Origin: Botryllus schlosseri
Taxonomy: Eukaryota
DNA: 64,000 bases
Assembly: GCA_051294905.1 (NCBI GenBank)
Contig: CM119384.1
Span: 9,362,001-9,426,000, forward strand
Direction: 5' to 3'
A model generated the notes under the pieces. The model saw only the letters and a list, made by a program, of their open reading frames with translations, made no database searches and had not been told where the DNA came from. This document shows positions 50,001 to 61,300 of the stretch, piece after piece (positions within the stretch are counted from its first letter, which is position 1; the number at the start of each line of letters is the position of its first letter). The position numbers and the translations under genes were made by a program.

Positions 50001-52333
50001 GTCTGGATGCCGAGGTCTATTTCGTTGTACAGTCAACGTTGAACCATCCTGCAGTCCTGCATCATTCGACGTTCCGTTTACAGGTGTCGCCGAGCTGAAC
50101 GGTCCCCTGTATGCAGTGGGTGGTCATGACGGTTGGAGTTATCTCAACACTGTGGAACGTTGGGACCCGCAAGCACGTTCTTGGAGCTTTGTGGCGCCAA
50201 TGGCGCATCCGAGAAGCACACTCGGCATTGCGGTTTTGCTGGGAAAGTATGTTCATTTTTCGATCAATGTCATAAACAAAACGATAGTGTTGGCTAATGT
50301 TCGCACAGTCAATCAGCTTTGAATACGTATATTGTACTATTTGGTTATGCAATATTTGGTTAAGCAATATTTGGTTTTGTTTGTCCCAACTATACCCAAA
50401 ATTCATTGCTCCGCTAGGTATCAAAACGAGCAAGTTCCATGGTTAAAATTCAGCTATAGTATACCTTTTCTTGATTATGCTTATACGTGAGCAGGTTTGA
50501 AATCCTCATGCAATCCAATCCGTTTACATTCTGCGCAGTGACCTTAGAACAAGCAAAATTCGTAATCTGTCTCTAGCTCTCTCTTCCGCTAAGCCTTATT
50601 TGAATAGAAAGACTTTGCCTATATTTACACTTGGTCCACGATCACAAACTGCAAGCAAAATTCCCTTGGGTACACATGTCTACAATGCAATTGATCACTG
50701 ACTGTCCAATTGAATTAGGACACTTTATTTTTGGTTTATTTCTGCTTGAAGGGACAAATGATACTCCCTCAAGGCCCTTGGGATTTGCCTTGTCATATAA
50801 TCAAGATGTAGCATACAAGGTACTGTATCGATTCTAACTCCTTAAGGTCTGGGTGATCAAAAGCTCTTGAAATATCAGCCGATATTCTTATATTCTTTAG
50901 GTTCGATTGATTGCCAGTCAGCGATGCATAGCTGCTAACTGCTAATATCTGTCCATGATGACTTGAAGATTTTGAGATCTAGTTGCTTGAAGGGGCACCG
51001 CACTCTAAAATACAATATGGTCTCAAATGACAGATTAAATCGGTAAAGAATTTCGATGTTCGAACAACTTATCTTTGAAGAAGACTGCGTCCAATTGTTT
51101 CACAACTTGGCCGATTAGCGCCATCTAGGGATATACACGAGCCGAAACAAGTTTTACCTATGAGCGATCTTTTCGTATCCCGCACATTTATCCGGTGCCC
51201 GATCTATTACAGGCTGTACGCGGTGGGCGGTCGGGATGGAAGCTCATGCCTGCGGTCTGTGGAATGTTTCGATCCGCATACCAACAAATGGACGAGTCGA
51301 GCTGCCATGCTGAAACGCAGAGGCGGAGTCGGCGTCGGGGTGTGTGGAGGTTGTATTTACGCGATTGGTGGCCACGACGCACCGGCCAGCAATCAGATGT
51401 CCAGACTGCAAGAAACCGTGGACAGGTAGTGTGGATGCAGTGTATGCTTGCTTGTCACCGGGCTCAAAGCCTATAACAACGAACGCGAGGGAAACAAATA
51501 GCCGGACATGGTCAAGTGGAAGTAGAATTAACGCCGTAAATTTTCCCGCAAAGTACAAGTAGTGATTTCCAAGACATGTCAAAAGATCTCTGAGTAATAA
51601 TAGAAAATAAAGGTATACTGTAATCGTAATCGATTACAGTGGTAATCGTAATCGATTACAGTGGTGCAGTAATCGCGCCGTGTCTGATCAGTGCTCATGG
51701 GCTGTATTTTCAGACTGACGAAGAGTAGATATCGATTGAAATTTACCTGGGTGTGTGGACATGTAAGCATGGGACACTTCAGCATACGACACTTGGGCAT
51801 GTGGGTTAAAATTAGGGTTAGGTTAGGGTTCTTTTTACGATTATAAAGTCTCGTGCTGAAGTGTCGAATGATCAACTGTAGTTTTTCATTGTGTCGCATG
51901 GTCAAATGTCGGACAACCGTTTACCTTTAGCTCTAAAACTAGGCCCAAATGTTGCGGCATATCAACGTGGAATCAAACGACCAGATAGAAACTTATCCGT
52001 CACTCCCGGAGCTCTATTCTGTAACAGATATGACCCCGTGACGGATCAATGGACTGTTGTCGCGCCTATGAGCGTTCCCAGAGACGCTGTGGGAATCTGC
52101 GTGATGGGCGGAAGACTTTATGCTTGTGGAGGCTACGACGGTACTACGATGCATTCTAGATCGCTTGCTTCACGTTGTATTTCGAGACGTCAATCTGTTT
52201 TTTGCGCGCCTTCACAGGTCAATCGTATCTCGTCACGTGCGAATCGTACTGCCCCGAGAAAAACGAATGGAGGTACGAACCGAATTTGAACACGGGAAGG
52301 GCCGGCACCGTGGTCGTGCGATTGAGCAGCTGA
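41082..52333 (+). CDS. KLHL5: Kelch-like BTB-BACK-Kelch protein of the KLHL1/4/5 group (Cullin-3 substrate-adaptor family); 12 coding exons, about 568 aa, start may lie further upstream
   Basis: Exons 41082-41111, 41180-41273, 41564-41728, 42736-42932, 43259-43315, 44400-44555, 45780-45957, 48483-48707, 50084-50246, 51213-51425, 52028-52140, 52218-52333 (1707 nt). Motifs [125 protein letters not shown]. The symbol marks the subfamily, not strict orthology. Confidence 0.93.
46535..47532 (-). CDS. Candidate nested antisense exons inside a KLHL intron
   Basis: 47532-47367 (CACTTCAG acceptor, 55 open codons, GTAGTT donor) joins in phase 0 to 46741-46535 (TGTTTACAG acceptor, 68 codons then TAA). 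No family recognised. Confidence 0.25.
48723..49241. mobile_element. Family D hAT-like MITE, copy 2, 15 nt into a KLHL intron
   Basis: CAGGGTTGTAA / TTACAATCCTG; TSD ATGCTGTC / ATGCTCTC (7 of 8). Confidence 0.9.
51620..51663. repeat. 22-bp tandem duplication containing the palindrome GTAATCGATTAC
   Basis: GTAATCGTAATCGATTACAGTG twice. Confidence 0.8.
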
Positions 52334-52774
52334 CTCGCGCCTCGAAAACGTGTTTCTTCGACTCTGCTCGCTCTTGCGTCACCCGCGGAAACCGTTTCCC
52401 GCTCGTTTTCGGAATCGCTATGATTCTACGTTTCGTGGTTTTGTTTGCTTTTCATGTTGAACACGCTGATGAATATATTTCTGTACCGCATCGAGAAATT
52501 TGACGAGTTAGGGTTTTGGACAGGTGCGGTTCACAATAAGGTGGGTTTTGCGGTCGCGGGTACCGGTATTGCGGTGTTTCGAATCGAAGGCGGCCGTTTG
52601 CAAAAATGCCGACTCCCGCTAATCGACCGCGATTTTCCGTAATGTGGGAGTTCGACTGCCCGCGATACGGAATTGGCTGCTGTAGGTCAGCCGGCGCTGC
52701 GGGAGTGTTTTTATTACCGGCGCTTGCAGTGGTAGTAGCCTATACGCAGTGTATCTTTTCAGTTCAGTTTATTG

Positions 52775-53346
52775 CAGGGTTGTAATGACTCGAGTCAAGA
52801 TTTTCTGATGACTCGAGTCATTTTCTCAAAATACGGAAATGACTCGACTCGAGCCAATCTGTGTATTGACTCGACTTGGACTCGAGTCATTGCGCATGAC
52901 TCGAACCAAGTCATATGACTCGAGACTCAGATGGCCAAGACCGACATTGCATTGAAATTTCGAAGAATAGTAAAGTAACCACCTTATTGGGATTAGGCCT
53001 ACGTCCATTGGTACTGGTCAGAGATATCTAGATATCCCTGGTACTGGTACTTGAAAATGCGACCAGAAACTGCTAAAAGTGAGAAAATTACTATATCATA
53101 AATGCTAACCATTCGATATCACGAATCAGAGTGGGTTTAACAAGACTTTAACTGCAAATTGAGCAGTCAACACAATGACTTGGACTTGAACTCGAGTCAT
53201 AATACCATGACTCGGACTCGACCCTCTTCTCGATGACTTGGACTCGGACTTGACTCGGTGGTGAATTGAAAATGACTCGAGTCAAAACTATAAAAGTGAG
53301 ATTGACTTGTGACTCGGAGCCTTGTGACTTGCTGGTTACAACGCTG
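52775..53346. mobile_element. Family D hAT-like MITE, copy 3, downstream of KLHL
   Basis: CAGGGTTGTAA / TTACAACGCTG; perfect TSD GTTTATTG on both sides. Confidence 0.92.
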
Positions 53347-55361
53347 GTTTATTGTTAGTATTTTTCCTTTCAAAACACCACAAGATTGCGATACAATGAA
53401 AGCGGAAGAGGCAGCGAGACCTAACTCATTTTACCACAGGAACTAGCCGAGATTTGGTGTTATCGTAAGTGAGGTGAACATCCGCTTTAACCGCTCTTAC
53501 TGGGGCAACTTGAGGGAAGCCCTATTGTTCCAGTGTGACGTAGGAATGTTGCGGTATGGTGACTCATTCTTCGGTCATCCGACGGCGTGTCATCGCTGAT
53601 GAATGTCCGAAATGAATATGTGAAAAATCCCGGCGAACGGCAATGATGCTTGAGCTCGGGCGATGCGAAGGCAACAAAGGTCAAGTGTAATTGCATGTTC
53701 ATCCTGTTCACTGAGTGTCGCGTGTGTAGGTCTACTCTACATATCAAATCAAAACGGGGAATCAAATGATAATCGTGCTGTTAAACTACACGAAGTTATA
53801 GCCTACGAAAATGAGCCCGTGAATGAAGAAGTGTAACCTGAATAGTGAATACATATTACGGGATGTTTTTCGTCTGCAATTATGCGATCGACCAACGGCT
53901 GCGGTTTGATGGATATCTGATAACAAATAGTGTCGATTTTCCCGATAACAGCGATTTTGCAATGAGTAAAAAGCCTCCGTAGATTGTACGCTCTGTCTGG
54001 AAGTGCTTGGTTTTCCGTTTAAATGAAGACAAATAGCGAAATACCATTCCCGAGTGCCGTCTCAGCTTTCTGGAACTCGATCTAAATATCCGATTTTATG
54101 GTCAGAAGTTGACACAATTGAATATCTTTAGCAGTTATCGGCGGACAGCATTTTGGTTTGAGATTAAGTTATTAGGAACGAAGTCATGGAAATTTGCTCC
54201 CGTCGCTTCGGATCATTTGATTCGGGTTTCGGATTTGCCTTGAGAAACAAAGAAGGAGAAATTCCCAATTCCAGGGGCCCGGTTCATGAGTCGCGTCGAC
54301 TCCATTATTCTCGTTATTGATCAAGACTGAATTGACTAGACGCGGCGACCTAAGCTATTCAATTAAAACAGATATTTTAGGAGATAGAGGAAATCATGTC
54401 TTAGTGTAGACCTCCGGACATTTCAGGCCAATATTTTCGTATATTGAATGTTGATTCCTTGCCAAGATCAAAATGAAGCGCAGGCCTTTTTTACAAACGG
54501 CGCCGATATTATAAACCCATTAATAAGGGGCTTAGAGAATTTACGTTCATTTTCAGATTAGTTAACCTGGAGCATCGCTACTTAAAAATCGCTCTACTCT
54601 GCGCAACATAATCGACAGCGAAATATTCGATACGAGGCTTTACTACCGATGAGCCGATGACACATTGGAAGTTATTAGCGAGGTCAAAGGTTTTTTAGAT
54701 TGCAAAAGGAATTTCAGACGCATTGTCGAAGCTTAGTCTGGTAATCAAGCACCAGCTAACAGGTTTCAAGTTGGTAATTGGCAGTCTGGCCTTTCGTATC
54801 GCGTCAGATCTAAAACCAACAAGGCAGGTTAGCAAAATTTGTGTCGACTTGATTTTGAGAGATCAAGTTTAAATGGGATCCTTGATTTACAAGTGAGCCG
54901 GGTGTAATTGTTGATTTAAATCTCGGAATGACGATAAATAAAGATGTGTACAAATCGTCTACTTCGCAGTAACTCTATGGCCAAGCTCAATAGCACGACG
55001 TGCCTTCTTCGGCTTTGTTTCTGTTGTGGGCAATACGCTTAATTGGTTTGATCATGCTATCATATATCTTAGATACGAGTATCGTCGGGATTTTAGATCG
55101 CAGAATATAGCAATATCGCCTTCGTTTTGTTCTGGCCTGACGCTCTGCTGACGTTATTTGCTAATTAGACAATCAGACGAATTTGACAAACGAGATGTAT
55201 TGCCGTAAGCGTAAGTGAACCGCACCGCAATTAGCATGTGAATAAGCAACTCCTATTCGCGAAGTAAGAACTGGAGCGCATGCGTCTGGTTACCGTATTC
55301 ACGTACAGATATTGGGCAGTCTTTAGTGTAGGCCTACAGTACATATAACATAATTTCATAG

Positions 55362-58300
55362 ATGGGCTATTTAAGAAGATACTTCATATCTGTCATCGTA
55401 GCATTCGTGTGCGGCGAACGTGTGTCATGCTCCGACTCCAACAGTAAAGAACGCGTGAAGCGCCGATTCGCAGCACTAACACAGCCGGCCGGGACATCTT
55501 CAGGTCCTACGAGGCCTAATCTCGTAATGTCCTGTGACATTAACGAAGGTATATTAGATGATTTTTTGTGGGTTCTCCACATACATAATTGAATTATTTT
55601 GTTAACAGCATGACATGATCTTATTTGAAGCAGTATAAACTCAAACAATACATTTCTACTTTATGCTGGTATCGCATGAACCTGTCAGCAATGCCATTTC
55701 TTTATATGTAACATAACAGCCAATGTAAACGATTGTCAGTAAGTTTCATTTACAATCTGAACGATATGCATTCCCAAGTCCGAGTAAGTTTACAATATTA
55801 AAATACTTGTTAAAAAGCAATATCAGCCTCATATTCACGGTAGACGCTGCGAATTTCATCAATCGTGTAACATTGACGGACCACCGTGAAGCTTCGTAAT
55901 GGTAAAGCTTACATATTTATTTTCAAAACCTGCTGATGGACTTCACTTCGTTTCCAGACATTCATAGAAACTACCACACGCATTTTGGAATGTGTGACTC
56001 ACGGATTATAAACAAATGTACTATGAAAGCCCCTCATACAATCTATGCGCCAATACATCAATAAATCACAATGAAATGTGGCGTTTTACAACAAGCGGAA
56101 AAGGGGATGTCGAATTTGCTATTGTATACTGTTGCAATTCGTGTGATATTTCAAGTGCAAACTATTTACGTTTTTTTTCGAGTTCAAATGTCGGTAGACA
56201 GTGTCCGGAATTCGATCTTTGAACAGTTGTTCAGATGTTCACCCTGTGCCCCGTAAACACCATGTCTGAACTGAGATTCCAACATTTTTATCCTGTGAAC
56301 ACACCGTGTAATTCACCGCATAAACGCCACCCAATTTCGTACTTTCCATAGACTGGTCGTTATTTACTTACTTTGACCGATTACTGCCGATGAATCATGG
56401 AACGTAACTCAATTTACAGCTTTTAGTAAACTCTAACGCGCAAGTCGATTCGCACTCGCCTCTTGTCAATAGAGAATTCCTGATCGATTTGACTTGTGGA
56501 ATTATGAAATTGAACTTAAATAATGATTGGAAAATAATGGCGTAATCGGAAAAGAAAATAATCTAAACCGTAACCACTCGTGCGTGACGCGACGCCTACA
56601 TCTGATGAATTACGCCACAAGCAGAGTGTCACTGAACTTGGTCAACTCCAATAGAAAGGTTACGCTCTACTCCATGTGAAACAGTGATTTGAAAGACGGG
56701 TCAACACTACTACCTATCCAACACATAAAAATTAACATACTTGATGGTACAGATGGACTCTGGTCTAGTCCCAGGTTACCAGAAATATGATTTGTCCATT
56801 TCAACTCAGATGGATACGAGCAAGAAGACGCCTTGGTGTTGAACCTGCGATTTGCCGAAAATTCGAATGATTTCGTGGAGTCGATCAAGCAGCAGCAGCA
56901 GGAAATCGCAGATCAAGTGAAGGAAATCAAAAAGCTATTCAAGCAGACGCGCAAAGAGCAAGTATTACAGCTATATTTAATCGAGCATACGGGCTCCGCG
57001 CGCTCTTTATGTCGCATGCACACTCACCTATAGGTGCAACGGTCTGACATTGGTGTCGGTAGCTTGTCGGTCATGGGGCGAAACTACAGACTCAAGTGTG
57101 ATAATATCACCCTTTCGAATGTTTAATTTCTTTGTTATTCGCATATCATAACCATAATCAGCGGATCTACTTTTGTGTCTGTAATGTAGTTGCACTCGTG
57201 CCTAGTTCACATGTAGGGGAGATTTGGTACCGATGGATAAAAAATTGCAAAATGATCTCCGGGCCCCAAATGTCCAGCCAACAACAGCAGATCGTTTGCT
57301 GGCTCAACACTTCTATACAAGCTCTACCTACCGCGGATATACATACACGAATATCCGCCTTTCAAAGAGTATTTATGAAAGTTTAAAATGTGTTGCTCGA
57401 AAGTATCATCGGTGAAATAGCATGTTGTAGCGATAAAGTACCACGGGATGAAAAATTGCAAAATGATCTCCGGTCCCCAAATGTCCAGCCAATAACAGCA
57501 GATCGTTTGCTGGCTCAACACTTCTATACAAGCTCTACCTACCGCGGATATACATACACGGATATCCGCCTTTCAAAAAGTATTTATGAAAGTTTAAAAT
57601 GTGTTGCTCGAAAGTATCATCGGTGAAATTGCATGTTGTAGCGATAAAGTACCACGGGTAATTATGACATAGAGTCCCCGGTATGTGGGCGTGTTTGTGT
57701 TGTTGAATGATTAGTTAGTCCAAGTGATCTGATTGATTTGGCCGTGTTATCACCGACCCCCATGCTATCAATGTTGTCATTGAATTAAAAAATGTCTACG
57801 CAATGATGGTATTGAATGAAAATAATATGTGTCGTCCTATAGCCTGATACAAGTTGGGGGGTAAAGTTGTTTATTCATTCCAGTAGTAACACATGAATTA
57901 TATGAAAAAACACAATTCGCAACTTGAGTCACCTCGACAATATGAAAAATAAAGTTGGCACAATACCCGCCATTTACGATGGCGGGGTGAAGATTTCACT
58001 TCACAATAAAAATGATTGTTGGTTTGTTCGTGTTTGAGGTTAAAAATAAAAATGTATACCACCGAAACAGAAATCATCTGTCACAGACCCTGTAACTCGC
58101 GTAGCTCCAATTTATTTGCATGTGAGGAAATATTCTGCCGGCATGCAATTGTAAAACAAATTGATGGAGTGTGATCGTGGGATTGTCATATAGATTTTTT
58201 CAATTATTTTCGGTTCCAGTGTCTCATTGGTACCACATCTCCCCTATGTCTACATACCCAGTAAAAGCGGGGAATAAAATCATAAGAATGTTATTAAACC

Positions 58301-61300
58301 ATACGATGTTACATATATCACCTTGATAAGGCGCAAATGCATGAATCAACAAGTAGAAGCTGACTATATATTGCAGAATGTGTTATTCAACATCGCCTCT
58401 AGTTTGCGATCCCTGAGCATGAGCAGATACGGCTTAGCGTAACACATGATATATTCATGACGTAGATTTGCAATGTCAATAATTACCATAATTCTTACAA
58501 TTACGGCTTGCATCTATATGTGCGGCACACTCTCAAATGCGTCGCCCTAATTTGGTTCCCGCGTTTTCAGGCTAAGCTACTTCAAATTCAAAAAGGAATC
58601 CGAGATCAGAATGCTCAGATGACTGCCCTTTATAGCAACCTTTTAAGAAACAAGCCGGATTCGTTGACGGCGTCGCATGATATTGTGCAAGAGAGGTAAG
58701 GTGTTGGTGATCGTTGAGAATCCTTTTAATTAATGCAATTCTACAAAAATTCAGCGACTTAGGCGACTAATATCGGATTTATTACAAGGCCTCATGAGCT
58801 TGGGAACAAACATTTTCCATCCAGTCAAAATGACCATGCGGTCGGTATTTTAATCGATTTGTTGTTATAAAATGTACTATTAATGGTTACTCAGACGTAA
58901 ATTACGTGACGTCGATTTGCTGTTAAATATCCCCGTATAAAAGCAAACGTTAGTGCAAGTATTCCACTGTACGATTTTGAATAGAAACCTACCAACTCTG
59001 TTATGGCGCGCGGACATGCTATGTGTACGTTCATGTCACAACTGAGATATATTTGTCTTTGAAACAGCCTTGGATTTGAAATGCACAGAATTAATCCTTA
59101 TACATTCAGAAAACTAGAAGATATAAATGTAAAGTGCAGGTTTTATCCGGAAAATACTTGAATTCGATGCCGATGAGATAATAAGTTTACCAGATTCAAA
59201 ATATCATACTTATGGATACTTACATACGCTCGAGTAAATGTCCATTTGTCCCCTAAATACAGCGGAGAGGCTGATGCAGTCCCGAGCCAGCGGATGCTAC
59301 GAAGCTCACAAATTGCGGCATCGGTGTCGAACCGAGCTGCTAACAAGAGTATGGAGGTGAAAAGTAACTGATGTAGTCACCCTTATGTGGATCACATCTA
59401 ATGTTCTTGTTACACAGAAAGATGGTGTAGTAATTCAATCGCGGTCATTCGCAGTACAGATCCCGAGCAATCGAAGTGGTAACAGTGATGTAGCTGAGAG
59501 AGCCGCTGAGAGACTTGTAAGTCACGTGATGGGCGCTGCAGCAGAACTAGGTAAATCATGTTATGTGTCATTTCATTATTCAAATACAATTCAAAGGCAA
59601 GACAGCCTAATATGATAACTACTTCTCCGTCTATCTATATTCTATACTTTACTCAACCTATCGAACACCCTATACATAGATACATTTCTGTTAGTAAAGT
59701 CCTTTATCATAATCTATGATTGTCTTGAAGGACTCATTCGGCAATTTTGATGTATTAGAAATTATTCCTAGCCGCCCTGAGCCTGACTACATATTCTCCA
59801 TTGTTATTTGACACATGGTACAGATAAATGAAACCATATACAAATTTGTAGATGCAATAATTACAATTCTAGAAATGAAGAGACTCTTGGTGGTACGGAA
59901 CTTCGGTATACATTCATATTGAAATTAACTCAAAAATGCTAGGTTTGTTTCAATATGAGCATATTAGTCATTTATGGAATTGTGCTTAGTCGCGCCGACT
60001 GACAGAGCTAATTGTTGAAAAACTACGAACTCAATAGGTTTGTCCTATAGGCAATTAGGCTTAATTAGGAAAATTCAAGTCCTAAACTGACAATGTGTAA
60101 GAGTCAAGGAGCCAGTAATCACGCCAAAGCACACGTAAGTAGTCGCAATTCGATCATCCCCGGAATCAGGTCATTTTCAAGGGCTCAGACCTCACGCGCG
60201 ACAAACAACAGGATAGCGTCACGCTAACGCTACGCCGGAGGATCAAGAGCTGACACGTGACGCTCTGCCGATACTCCACAAGTCTGATAGCTAAAAGTCC
60301 ACTGTTTGAAAGCAGTGGTATCTATGGAATTTTGGGTATTTCATTTCCTGGTTTGTGTGGCCAGTCGCGCTCGCTATCCAACAGCATCACGCTTTCAAAT
60401 AAACGGGACACGAGTTGGCAGCTGCAGATTTTTTTGAAATCCCATACCGAATGGGCTTGCCAACCGAGTTTAATCTGCAACTGGAATCGGATTGCCGTGT
60501 AATCTCCGACCTGCATCACGGCATCAAACGCTAAACGCGGTGGAACTGGTAACTCGAGAACAGTTTTATGTGCCCGCCCATGTGAACACGACACTCTGTG
60601 GTTGGCGCTATGACGTCATTATTCTAAGTACAGACCACGTGGGAATCTTTCATAGAGCACAAATACGTTGCGGGTTATTTGATTCCTTTCAGCACCTGCT
60701 ATTAGAAATTCGGTTTCTTTGCTTTAATCAAGACATACTATAGGCTATAATTTTTTTGCAATAGCCACCTGCGGTGCCTTTAAAAGCGCAATAAATAGAC
60801 CCTAGTGCCGGTATGCTAGGTTTGTTGATAAGAAGTATTTATTTACCTATGATTGAAAAGCACCTATAGAAAGTTATAGGAAAATTCCATTCCTATCTTA
60901 CTGAATTCGCTACGTAACGCAGAGAAACAGTACTCACAATATCACATAACTACCGCGCATGCACGGAGCTGGCAATCTAATGCCGAACATATCCGTATAT
61001 AGGAAATTGCATTGAACTTTCTATTACCTCATGTGATATAGACCGAAATTGATTTTTCAGCGTGGAAGTGGCGCCAAAGATCTATTGTGCCGTCATCATG
61101 ACATAGCTTCACGACCCAAAATGTTTGAGCAGCCAAATCGAGTCAATGCATTTATTTCATTACAGAACCAGAGAATTATCCAAAAGATTGTCAGAGGTGT
61201 GGAGACGATGAGTATTGCACCACTGATGGTACACGAATATCATCTGTTAAAAGTTTTGTCACTCCATATAACTCGTCAGCGCCTGTCGCAGAATCCACAA

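Noticed and set aside
51821-51840. TTAGGG/TTAGG telomere-like run
   Set aside because: Only about three imperfect units inside an intron; too short to call an interstitial telomere.
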